Shown: in pieces, positions 51,400 to 63,600 of the stretch
Position numbering within the stretch: the first letter of the stretch is position 1
Layout of the letters: each line of letters starts with the position of its first letter
Assembly (NCBI GenBank): GCA_013239625.1
Contig: MU056000.1
Location: 14,784,851-14,848,850, forward strand
DNA: 64,000 nt
Direction of reading: 5' to 3'
Source of the DNA: Lama guanicoe
Lineage: Eukaryota
Notes under the pieces: generated by a model
Told to the model about the DNA's origin: nothing
Databases searched by the model: none
Seen by the model: only the letters and a program-made list of their open reading frames with translations
Program-made: the position numbers and the translations under genes

Positions 51400-52945
51400 G
51401 GAGCCTAGCAGACCTTCTCTCCAGTAAAACAACTATTTAAGAGGGTTAAAAAAAGTACACACACACAAAACAATGATTTAACTTCCGCAAATTTGACCTA
51501 AGGGCACGTGGCATATGGAGAAACATTCATTTAAGAAAATCTACTAAATCTACGTAAGTACAGCCAGTCAGCTGCAACCTGCTTCCTCTCCACTTCCCGT
51601 GCTATCCAGCCTCTCCTCCAGATGCTCTGCTGGAGGAGTATCTGGGTGGGAATGGTAAAGAAGGGGACACTCTTCCTCTAGTTTCCAGCCTAAGACTAGA
51701 GTTTTACTCTCGGAGTGACAGACTGCTGGCATTTCTTAACTCCATCTAATGCCACCCGTCAACTCCAACCCTTTGTTGCAGAAAATTTATCCCAGGTGAA
51801 CTAAAGACCAAGGCTCCCTTTCCCACTCAGCCCATATGAGCAGAGGAGAAGCTCCACCCCCCAGCATGGAATCCTGATGGGCCCCACCCCAGCTCACGAA
51901 CAGGGAAGAGATTTGACACTGAGGAGGGGAAACTAAGGAGATGAGGTTTTACCCTTCTCCACTCCAAACAGTGCCAGCTCACTGAGCAGGGGTGTCTCTT
52001 GGGGAGAAGTAAGCTGCTGCCTACACTCTCAGCTCCTTTGTTTTGGTGCAGAGTTTATTTCCAGGGGGAGAGGCAAGTCAGTGCTACAAAGGTATCCACT
52101 GTTCTGCCAGAGGGGACTTTGTTTGGAATAGAGAATGAAACATGGTATGCTTGAAGACTGTTAAAAAGCATGGAGAGCTTGGTGGAGAACAAGTATGAGG
52201 ATCCTGGTAGCTTCATGAAACCAGTGGCAACAAGTGAAATAACAGAACAAGCAGAAATTTAACAGAAAACCAAGCCAGCCGAGAAAAATAATCCTGGGAT
52301 CAAAGGAGCCTCTGATCCCTGGGGTTGGGAAAACCCATTCAGCATGGGACGAGCTGACCTGCTGAGCAGCAGAGAGGACATGAGGTAGTTCAGAAGCACT
52401 TCCCAGGTAACAGAGATTCCACGATGCAGGCAACAAGCCTCACCGGCACAAGCACTTAAGCACAGGCTCTAATGAAAACGGGCTGAAGCATGAACTTCTC
52501 TTACTCAGGAGCAACCCTTAGGAAGCCAGACAAAAATAAAACTGCACACAGGCCCGGCAGTCAGTACAACTGTGCATGCTCAAGGATTCACCTTCTCAGG
52601 GGTGATCAGAGAGCAAACCTCCAAGCTTCTAGTCATTGTCTGAACACAAATCGGAAATATAAACTCCCTGTGGCAGCCTCTAAGTCACAAAAATAACCAG
52701 CAAAGAATAAAAATGTAACTGGCTAAAGGGGATTTAGCACAGCGTGTGTCCAATAAGAGGCGTATGCCAACCCAGGGGTGACTCCCTAAGTAGCCAGTTT
52801 AAGAGATAAAAACAAGAAAAAAGATCACCTGAATGGGAACATCACAGGCAGCATAAAGCAAGGGAAACAAGCTTCAGGGAGACAGTTCAACCAAGTCACT
52901 AAAAAAAAGAAAGAATAACCAAATAAACAACAACAACAACATCAT
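51400..52945 (+). mobile_element. Old L1 5' UTR region (L1M4/L1MC-D-like)
   Basis: cctaagggcacgtggcatatggagaaacattcatttaagaaaatctactaaatct, followed by a GC-richer 5' UTR ending in an A/CAA-rich tract. Confidence 0.55.
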
Positions 52946-53356
52946 TCAGGGATGCTGTTACGAGAAGCTGACGCTGGAAATAAATGCCAGAGACAACAGG
53001 GCAAGCGATCTGTTTCTTTTTGACCTGGGGTGGTCGTCAGAGCAGCCCTCACTACACCTACCTCCACCACACTCACAGCACCTTTCTTCATTTAGCAAAA
53101 AAATCTATTTCCATAGCAGCTATGGGGATATAACTGATGGGAAAATATAGTAGGTAACTTCAATGTTTTCTGTGAACCTCCATCCCACCCCCCTAAAAGA
53201 GCTGTGTTGCTAAAAATGGCTACTAATGGCCCCAATTCTGCCAATTTGTTCTTCCAAACATTTACAGTGTCCATTATTTGTAAAATTGTGTTTGGGGAAT
53301 TAAAAGCAAACTAGATTTACCAAAAATAAAAATAAATGCAATTATTACCAAAAAAA

Positions 53357-54760
53357 CTGTACTGAAGTAAAGAAATCAGCTAACTACAGTCCACATGAAG
53401 CGTGAAGAGAAACAGAAATGGGAAAGAAGAGGGTTAATATAATAAACTCTACAAACGTATGTTTATATATAGATGGCTCTCCTTTCCTGTTAAGCTTCTG
53501 TAAAAGGCATAAGATTATACAAAGTGGTAATTGTGACAATGTGTCGGGGGGTTTGTAACATACGTAGACCTAATAGGTATGATAATAATAGCACACAAAG
53601 TGGGGAGGGTAGATCTATATAGAAGTAAAATTTCTGTATTTCACTGCATCCAAGTCAGTACAAATGTGAAGCAGTTATTGATAGACAGTGTTAATAGTAA
53701 CTTTTAAGCCACAGAACAACCACTAAAATATAACTAAACAATATAGACATCACTAAAGAAATTAAAATACTGCACTAGAATGTTTAAGAAAAAAGAAGAC
53801 AGTAAAAAAAAAAAAGAAGCAAAAGTTCAAAATGACATGGGATGTATAGAAGCAAAAAGAAAAATGGTGAATACAAATCCAGCTATACCAATGATAACAT
53901 TAAATGTGAATGGACTGTATAAAACAATCAAAAGTCAAAGATCATGAGATTTGATAAAGGAAATCAAGATCTAACAATACACTGTTTGCAAGGGAGACCC
54001 TAGATTCACATATAAGAATATATTGAAAGCAAAATACTGGAAAAAGGCTATGTGAAAAGCAATTATGAGAGCTGCAGTGGCTCTATTAATATCAGAAAAA
54101 ATAAACTTTAAAACAATGTTACTAGAGACAAAGAGGCACAGTATATGATGTTTAAGAGTTATTCAGGAATATACAAAAAATTTAAATATACAAGCATTTA
54201 ACAACAAAATCCCAAAATACATTAGGAAAAAACTGACAGAATCGAAGGAAAAACAGACAATTCCACAACTGTAGTTTGAGTTGTTAATATTCTTCTTACC
54301 ATAAGGATGGAACAACTAGGCAGATCAACAAGGAAACAGAAGACTGACACAACATTATAAACCAACTAAATCAAACAGACATCTGTAGAACACTACTCAG
54401 CAAAAGCAGAATACATATTCTTTTCGATACACATGAAACACTCTCCATGATAGACTATATGCTAGGTTTTTAAAAAAGCCTCAATAAAACCAAAAGCATT
54501 GAAATTATACAAAGTACATTCTCCAACTTCTATAAAATTAGAAATCATTATCAGGAAGGAATTTACAAATATACAGAAATTAACTAGCATACTCTTAAAT
54601 GCCAGCAAATCACATAAGAAATTACAAGGGGAATCTGAAAATATTTTAAGATGAATAAAAAAAAAAAGGGTTATTTAAAATTTATATAATGTAACTAAAG
54701 CAGTCCTCTGATTGAAATTTATTGTTCTAAATAACTGTATGAAAAAATAAATATTCAAAG
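53357..54760 (+). mobile_element. Old L1 inter-ORF spacer and decayed ORF2 endonuclease region
   Basis: ATG at 53864 gives MVNTNPAIPMITLNVNGL (ORF2 start motif ITLNVNGL). Downstream EN-like sequence is disrupted by stops and frameshifts. Confidence 0.85.
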
Positions 54761-54799
54761 TTAATATCATAAAATAACACTTTAGGTTCAGCCTTAGAG

Positions 54800-55400
54800 A
54801 AAATTCATGGCAGCAAAAAGATATATTCAAGGATTACCACAAGAGAGGCAAGGATGGGAGAATATGAAAGAGTTTGAGAGATATGTAGGCCGACTGAGCA
54901 TGTCTAACACATACCCAACATACAGTCTAAGGAAGCCATTGCGTGTGAAAGAGGGAATAATTACTTAAAGAATATCAGCTGAGATTTTTCCAGAATTGCT
55001 GGAGGATACCGTTCCTCAGATGGAGGCAGCATGATGATTCCAAAACTACTGTATCCAACAGTTGTAGAATAGTGAGTGACAGACACTCAGCAAACACTCA
55101 GTAAACATTTGTTGAATAAATCTAAACATATTCAGGTGAAAACTATGAAGTATCAAATATAAAGAAAATATTTTAAAATCTAACATTCATTCAGATGTTC
55201 TGCCAAGAAATAGTAATTAAATAACAGTATCTTCAACAACAAAAATAGAAACTAGACAAGTCAGAAGGAATGCTGGAAGAAAATAATTCTCAGCCTAGAA
55301 TTGTACACCCAAATAACTATAAGACAAACTCAAGGGAAAAATAAAAACATTATTAAGTAAACAAGAGCAGAGAGCCTAACGTTAACAGACCTTTAGTGAA
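54800..55400 (+). mobile_element. Very old L1/HAL1-like ORF1 fragment
   Basis: gctgagatttttccagaattg...cagcctagaattgtacacccaaataactat...aagggaaaaataaaaacatt resembles ORF1. Confidence 0.5.
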
Positions 55401-55560
55401 GTTGTGCATGTGTGTGTGCGTGTGTGCGTGTGTGTGTCTGTTGTGTGTGTTTTTTTACATCATACGTTTTAGAAAGTAGGTATAGTTCCTACTGTGGTAT
55501 CAGAAACTGGTAAAAATGGCAGTGAATCTAAACAAATGTCAACAGTAAAAAAATATTTAA

Positions 55561-56519
55561 CATACAAGGAAATTCCCATAAGGCTATCAGCTGATTTTTT
55601 CAGTTGAAACTCTGCAAGCTAGAAAGGAGTGGCATGACACACTTAAAGTGATGAAAGAGAAGAAACTACAACCAAGAGTAGTCTATTCAGCAAGGCTCTC
55701 GTTCAGATTTGGAGAAATGGAGAAATCAAATCCTTTACAGACAAGAAAAAGTGGAAAGAATTCAGCACCACCAAACCAGCTTTACAACAAATGCCAAAGG
55801 AACCTCTCTAGGCAGAAAAGAAAAGGCCACAACTAGAAACAAGAAAATTATGAAATGGAAAAGCTCACTGGTAAAAGCGAACATATAATAAAAGTAGGAA
55901 CTCATCTTAAGCACCATTCTGTTACAGTAACAAAATAATAAAAAATGTAACAGGAGATGATCAAGAGGCAGGGAGCAGCCAGTGAGTCCTGGCACATGAG
56001 TCCTCAAAGTCAAAGGCTTGTGAGGAACAACTGACTGGCCTCTGGTGAAGGATCTCACGGAGAAATGCATCTAAAGCAAAGGGTGTGAAAATAGCCTCGA
56101 TATTCAACATCAGAGGACTGGTCAAGTGACAGAACAGTCACACCCTTGGAAGTAATGCAGTCACTAAAGATAAAGCTGTAGATGAATGTTTACTGAAATA
56201 AAGGATGTTCAAGACAAAAAAAAAAAAGGCAGGAAATCATGCATACACAAAGCTAATAGGGAGCTTGAAAGACAAAAAGTAGTACAATCACCTGTACCCA
56301 CAATAAGCAGTTAAGGGATACAAAGAATAATTAGATGTAAAATATAATATCAAAAACAGTAATCATGAGGGGAGGAGAGTACAAATGCAGGGTATCTGAA
56401 ATTTACTTGAATTTAAGAAGTCAGCAACTTAAAACAGGCTGTTACATAAAAACCTCATAGTAATCACAAAGCAAAAATCTGTAACAAATACACACACAAA
56501 AAATAAAAAAGAAAAACAA
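55561..56519 (+). mobile_element. Internal L1 fragment (ORF1 C-terminus plus spacer) with its own TSD
   Basis: catacaaggaaattcccataaggctatcagctgattttt... encodes KEKKLQPRVVYSARLSF (ORF1). TSD taaaaaaatatttaa (55546-55560) vs taaacaaatatttaa (56520-56534). Confidence 0.85.
55907..56227 (+). pseudogene. Putative retrocopy of a polyadenylated, mostly non-L1 RNA 3' end, inserted in the L1 fragment
   Basis: AATAAA at 56197-56202, A12 at 56216-56227, degenerate TSD aaagtaggaactcat / aaggcaggaaatcat. The host L1 sequence resumes after it. Confidence 0.55.
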
Positions 56520-58524
56520 TAAACAAATATTTAATGTAGGATATTTGGGGTTTAGAAAAGATGGACTTAAAATATGGGACATAATGTCATAAAGATGGCT
56601 CAAAAGGCATGAAATAATATTTTATATTGCTCACAAGGAGAGCAGAGATTTATTGTTACAGAATTTATTCAGTGAAATGTACATGTAAAAACTTTAAGAA
56701 ACTGAACATTTAAAATGAATGTGCAATTTCAAATGAATAAAGAGTAAAATAAAAATGAAAAACCAAAAATAATTGCTAATCTTAATCAAAATAAGAAAAG
56801 AAGTTAACACTGTAATAATGTGAATATGAAATACAGGTGCTATATACATATAAAAACATGTTATGAAACATTTGAAAAATCAAAGATGTTTCAATGGCTT
56901 GATTATTTTAATTATGTATCCTTGGTCTAAGTCCAGCTATGGAACTGAATCAAAAAGGAGCTGAATTTAGCAATACGTTATGTATCAGACATTAGTAACT
57001 AGATTTTTTGTTTGAGGTAGATATTGAATATCTATGGCTATTGTTCAGTTACCTCTTTTTCAGTATTTCTTGAGGGCTAGTTTTTTACCTTTCCTTCAGT
57101 GAAAAATACACGTTGATTTAGAGTCTTTCAAAGATGAATTGCAATTAGTATTTGATGACACACTGACCCCTTGCAAATAATTCATTAAGCAGATGGTACA
57201 GTGAAAACTTAGATATAATTTAGTTCACATCATTCCAATTTGACACATCCTATTTAAAACCATGACCCACTTAAAAATGATTGAGAAATGTCTAAGAGAG
57301 CCATTCACTTTTCTTATTTACTCTCTAAAGAATTTAGAATGACACAGAAAAAAAGTGTGCAATTTTTCAATGAAAATTTTCAATTTTCAATGACAAAGCG
57401 TAATCAAAAGAAATTCCTTTCGTGAATGTGACTATTGAGATGACATTTTTCTCAGATGCTGGTGAATGTTAACTGTCTTCTTGATTTGGACATTCTGATT
57501 TTAAGAAATTGTTCTACACTTCACAAACTTTATCAAATCTACCTACAAGCAAAATATTTTATAATTAAAAACATAAATTATCTCCACCCATACATAGTAC
57601 CTGTATAACAAACCAGCGCTCTGCAGGTTGTGTTCCAATTTCCCAGATTTTTGAAACTGAATGTTTGCTCCCAATATTTTATTTTCTGCTACTAAGCAAA
57701 GCTGTAATGTGGAAAAATACTAGATTTTTGAGAATTCATTTTTATTCTTCCCTGGGTAATATGTAATATTTTAATTCTTTTCACATTTAGCTAGAACTCT
57801 CGGTACTGCTTCATTAACTTTTAAAATTCCTCTCAGATATACATGGCTGGTAAATGCAGTCGAGTGTCAAAAGAAGGTTAAAAATAAATGAAACAAAGGG
57901 AGAAACAATATTCTTCTTGCTTAATTTCCATTTGCAGAAAAGAAGAATGAGGAGTCCCATAAGCTCCTAATAGTCCCTTATAGGTCCTAACATAATATTT
58001 TGATATGCTCGTTCACCAAATCTGCCCAGAGACCAAAAGGCGTTTCCAAACTCGTTTGTTCTACTGGATGTTTCAAAAGATACACTCATTAACCTAATGA
58101 ATGCTATGATTGCTGTTTGTACCTGTTCCTGGAATCTAACTTTTTGAAATAGGTTAACCAACTTATATTCACAGGTATATAATGATGTTTACTTATAGCA
58201 AGGACTTTAAACATAACATAGCATAGGCATATTTTATTAGGGAGGAATGTGATCTACTACAGATTGACTTGATGTGGCTTCAAGGAAAAGAAGTTTCTCT
58301 TTAATAACAAGAGAATGCAGAGAAAGACAGCAGATAACTGGGGTAGGGTCTCCATGATAATAACATCACAGAACCAAGTTCTCTCTGCCTTTTCCTCTTC
58401 TAACTCCCATCACATTGACTTTTACTCTCATTCATGCTGCTTCCTACTTACCATAAAGCTGCTGTACCAAATGGTATCAAGTCCAGGCTCCAGAAAAAAA
58501 AAAAGGATCAAAGGGACAATATAT

Positions 58525-60830
58525 CATGGTTATCTACTGCTGCATTATGAATTAAATCAAATTTAATGGCTGAAAACATGATTTATTATTTTTATATGAT
58601 GATTATTATAAAAAATGGCTTATTTCACAAATGCTGCAATCTATGCTATTGCTTACCTGAAAGGATTTACAGATCTTAAAAGCTGGAGGTCCAGCTAGAA
58701 ACTCACTGGGATGACCTTTCTCTCATTTTCTCTCTCTCAGTCCACTGACCCAACCACTTTATCTCTTCAGCCTGCTAGGGAAAAACGCTTATGTGGTCAC
58801 TGAGATTTTCTGACAGCCCATACGCAGTATTTTCTAAGCCTTCGAAGAGTTTTGGCTTGGTATCATTTTGTCACTTCCTACTCCTAAAAGTAACCCCCAG
58901 GCCCTTCCCAGACTCAAAAAGAGCAGATGATACAAGAACGCCTGAAAGCACAGTTCATTTGGAGCCATCATTCAGCGGATAATCGTGGTGTGTCATCTGG
59001 CTCTTAATGATTCACATTTCTCCTCTGTTTAAAATACACTCATTGTCCCTACCCTACCCCAGAGCACCAGGTGTCTCTTTCCATCACAGAGTCAGGAAGT
59101 CAGGCTTGAGATGTGGAACAGCATCAAGTCTACCTGTGCATAGGGTCCTCAGCAGTTGGAGTACTTAATCTGAAGTCCTTTAAAACAAGTAGATAAGTTA
59201 ACTTGCACACACGCTCACACACAGTATGCAATGTTGAAAATAGTACATGAAAACAAAAACACTTCCACAAAGATAAGAAATGAGGCATGGAGCAGGAATT
59301 GGTGGTTCATAATTCTGAAATCCAATCTGGAATATGTTGCCAATTTCTTGATTAGGGTCCAATTCTGTTCCATGTTTCTTGAGCACTCTCTGAGTCACCA
59401 TTCCTTTTCTGTAAGAAATGTTCCTGTTTTTTATCTAATGTCTTTTTCAGCCTATTTCTTGCCTGAAAAATTTGGGGATATTGAAGACTCTTTTAATTTG
59501 GGGGTTTTGTTACTACTTTTTTTCCCCCTTAAGCTTCTATGATTCTTTTGCAAAATTGTGTATCTCTTAGGTTTCAAATAACAAACCTTTCCACTACACA
59601 AAGGCAACGCCACACAAAATCTTTCCAAGGCATGTCCTTCTACTTTGGACTGAGAATTAGGGTGCTATGGTAAAATGCCATCAGGAATCTTAGAACAACT
59701 ATTATCTAGCAGAAATTGCATAGGAGGAAAAACTTTAGGATTTTCACAAGTCCATTTTTTTCTCATTGAGAGTGAGGCATCCATTTGACATTTTCTGAGT
59801 ATTAACCAAGACTCTTAGAATCACACCCTGACTTAAAGCTACTTTTAATGGCAGGGCCCTGCATTTAACATTTGTCTTGATAACATTTCTTACTTTGAGA
59901 CTGTTGCCAAGAGAAACTGTGAATTAGAAACAGTTTACTTTTGAACCCAGTAACCCCTGGGTTCTTTTCTTATTTCCTCTAAATTATACTTTAAAATGAC
60001 CAACTTCTTCTGTAGCTCATCTCACCCCTTTAGTATTTTACTCTTGGCAGCTAACAGAAGCCAACTGGCACTTTCAACATTCGGTCTGGAAATTTTATAG
60101 TCATAGCCACATAGTTCAGTAAGAGGACTTTCTATCTTCCACATAAATACAGGCAACAGGTTTGCTAATTATTCTGTACTTAACTAGGATCCACTTAATT
60201 AACGTTTATGATGGAAATTTTCTCACTGACCTTTCAGAATTTATCAGCAATTTCCAGAAGGCCTTTCAGATCCTTGCCTACTATCCAGTTTCAAAACCAG
60301 TGCCACTTAATTTTAGGTTTTTGTTACAGAAGCATCTCCCCATCAGGTACCAATTTCTATTGTGATTATGTCTTATAATGCAACACGCCATACAAAAATT
60401 TGGTGACTTAATGCCCATTTTGTAATTTTTCACAACTGTGCAATACTGACTGGGCTCATCTGGGAAGTTCTTGTTTTGCCAGTGGGTATGTGTATGTCTG
60501 CACTTCTCTTGCCAGTGACAGGAATTAGGCTTTCTCTTTCCATGTAATCTCAGGTTGTCTCCCTTTCCACATGAGTGCCCTAAGTGACTGCTCCATGGGG
60601 CTCTTCCATCAGGGATGGAGGACCTTTTGCATGATGCTTCTCATTCCCCAAAAGCACAAACACAGAAGCTGCCAGGCCTTCTTAAGGATTAGGACAGGAA
60701 TCGGCAAATGTCATTTCCATCACATTCTACAGGTTAACACAAGTCTCAGGAGCAGCCCACATTCAGCAAGGAGGAACTAAACAAAGCACAAATGCCAGGA
60801 CACATGGTTAACTGAGGTGAAAATCACAGG
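58525..60830 (-). mobile_element. Near-complete MaLR provirus (LTR-internal-LTR, MLT1H-like)
   Basis: Two antisense MLT1-type LTRs (about 58525-58980 and 60360-60830) flank about 1.4 kb of MLT-internal-like sequence ending in ...ggtaccaatttc at the LTR junction. Confidence 0.62.
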
Positions 60831-60899
60831 TGACAGGCATACTCTGATGTTCACCAGTGGTGGAAACTTTATAACACACTATAGTCACATGCCATTAGG

Positions 60900-61300
60900 A
60901 AGGAATGTGATCTACGAAAATAACAGCAGTTAAACTAAAAGAGAGTTACCTTGAGTAGCAAGAAAATCCCAGGGGACAGAACGCATACTTGGTGTAGAGT
61001 CTCAGTGATCATATCTTGGGCCCTGTTTCTGTCTTTCCACTCTTTGATTCTCAGCAGGTTGACTTTCATCCTCACCCACACTGCCTAATGATTGCCATGA
61101 GGCTGGTTTTTACCCATTAGATCACGACTTTATTCCGGGTGGAAAAGCTATGAATGGGACAAAATGGTTTTGTGAGTCAAGCTGTTTTCATCAAAAAGCA
61201 AAACTAGGAGATTTCTACTTACTTTTTGTTGGACAGAGTTGTATTATCTGGCCACTCCCATTATGGGAGATACTGCAGGCTAGAAAGACACTGAGCATTT
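60900..61300 (-). mobile_element. Old MLT1 (K/L-like) LTR; a related partial copy lies at about 58260-58520
   Basis: ctgtttctgtctttccactct...gttgactttcatcctca...atttctacttactttttgttggacagagttgtattatctggccactcc. Confidence 0.45.
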
Positions 61301-61689
61301 TCTGTCATTGTAAAAACATTTGATAAGTAGGCCATTTGGCAAAAACATGTAGCTTTAGGGAAAGTGCCTTTAATATATACTATTGGTGTGTTTTGCATGC
61401 TCCTCAGTTCCTCTAGTAAAAGTGTATAAAAGGATTATAATATTGTTTGGAAATAGTTTGCAGAGATGGAAAGAAATATTGCTCTGTTAACAAAAGCTCT
61501 GTCTATAGTCCGTAATCTAAATTGCCTAAGTTTTCAGTAATTTGAGGTCTTATAATGTTGGAAAAATCAACTGTTCCTATATTATGAATAACAAAAGAAA
61601 CAATTATTTAGTGCCCTTTCCAAGAACCTCCTATTAAATGTTCTCAGATAATGTGATAGCTCAGTAGCAAATATTAAATACAAAATTTA

Positions 61690-63600
61690 CACCACTAGCA
61701 GCCTACTGGCTCTCATTCAGGTCGTTTATGTTCATGGTTTAGGTTCACGGCCATCAAGCATGACACTGCACTTCTCAGCCTCCCTTGTGGCTTGGTACGC
61801 CAAGGGCCTACGTTCTTACTAACTGGGCACCACATCAAATACATCTTCTTAAATACAACTGCCCATGACTCATTCTTCTTGCTCCCAAATGGAAATGGTG
61901 ATGACCAGAACATTTGTAACTACGTGGTGTGGATAACAAATTCAATTTGTTGGGTACCTGGACTTCATGGAGCATAGAATTCCTGGACCCATGATGTAAA
62001 GGGGGCACACATTTGTGTTCAGACACAGAAATGGTGAGGTTTATTTCTTTTGCAACTTACCTTTTACTCTAGCCAACAAAGAATTGTGTTTTGGAAGGCT
62101 TGCTGCCTGCCTCAAAAACCTAAAAAACTGTGGGAACTGACATTGCAGTTAGGGTGGAGGTAGTGCATTTATTTAATATGTCACCTCTGGCAAATGGAAG
62201 AGCACAGCGATTGCCTAAGTAAGGAGTCTGAAGTTCTAAGAGAAGCTGTTGGAAAGAGCCAGAATGTTACCATGTGTTAGATGTTGATTGCTACATTTAG
62301 CTAGCTTATTTCAAGAATGAATGAGCTCAAGCAAGAACTAGACAATTTTCAAGCATAGATTGAAAGGAAGAGAAGGAGTTCAGAAAAGAGGGATCTGATA
62401 CGGTTGGAAAAGCCAATTGTTTTATCATCCTAACAGCAGGGGATAACCCTGCTGCTGAAAGTCTTTCTAAACAGTGCCCATTAAGAATTCTGAGCACAAC
62501 AAATGCATCTACAGATGATCTGTGCCAATGATCAGATTAAGGCTGTTGCTCTCCAAACAAGCCTACTGTTTCACAGGCTTTTATGTCTTCAATAGAGCTG
62601 TCATTAAAATGATAGCAAATGACACTCACTAGCTGAACAAGAAAGCCAGCGCATAAGAGCAGGTTAAATAATTATTTCCACAAAAGAGCCTTGGGCGTGG
62701 TTTCAAGTACATGGAAATAGCTGGAGACAACTGTACCAGAAGCTCACTGAGTTTTTTTTAAGGAATTGTTTTACTAAGAAAATCACGTGTTTAGCCTTCA
62801 AAAATTCTCTAGCTACCAAATCAGTGGGAGCAGAAACAGGCAATAAAAACTGCTGTGCTCCTGAGAAAAGCAATCTGTTTAATATCCATGCAGATGTGGC
62901 CAGAGAGAATATACAAGAAAACATTTTTCAAAGGGAAAGCAAGGGGCCACAAAGGACAGAGCATTAGGAAATTTTTTCCAATAAGCAGAAATGAGTTCTA
63001 AGCAAGAAACTTAACTCTAGTTATAAGACAGAGTCTCTGTGATTCTTTTCTAGCAAAATAGTATTGCTCTGACCAGTAACTGCCTGGTCATTCTTTCCTT
63101 TTCTAAATGGGGGATTTTATTATAATTTTAATATTCTTACTCTAAGCAAGTTATATGGTTGGCGTGAATGGTAGTTAGACAATTTATTTTATGGTGAGGG
63201 CTACACCCAAATACCCTAGTATCTGATCTGGATGTAATGAATAGGACTATAGGTTGTTTTCCTTACATCAGGGGTTATGCATTTAGGAAAAAAAGACATG
63301 CATAGATACTTGGGTGGCAAATTTGATACAGACTGCAACCTATGCCTCCCTTTAGTAATAACTATCCCTCCATTAGAGTGCTAATTGGCATGTGTCACTG
63401 AGGAGTGGAAATTTTACTAAATTTTTAGTCAAAGGGATATGCACAGAAGTGATGTATGCAACTTCCACATCACAACTATGGGGAAAAAAAAAGTTGCTTG
63501 CTTTTCAAATTCTCTTCTCCCCCTTCTGTTGAACTTGTTAGATTATATCTTTTATATGTTAGATTGTACCTTTTATAAACAGCACAAGATATGAATCCCA
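61690..63600 (+). mobile_element. Second near-complete MaLR provirus (MLT1J-like LTR-internal-LTR)
   Basis: LTR ends about 62078 (ctagccaaca). Internal region starts aagaattg...aaaaacctaaaaaactgtggga and ends ttgggtggcaa...cagac. A second LTR-like segment starts about 63335. Confidence 0.55.

Noticed and set aside
57967..58161. 64-aa minus-strand ORF in a unique-looking block
   Set aside because: TTG start and no recognisable homology. The block may be conserved non-coding DNA, but coding function is unsupported.
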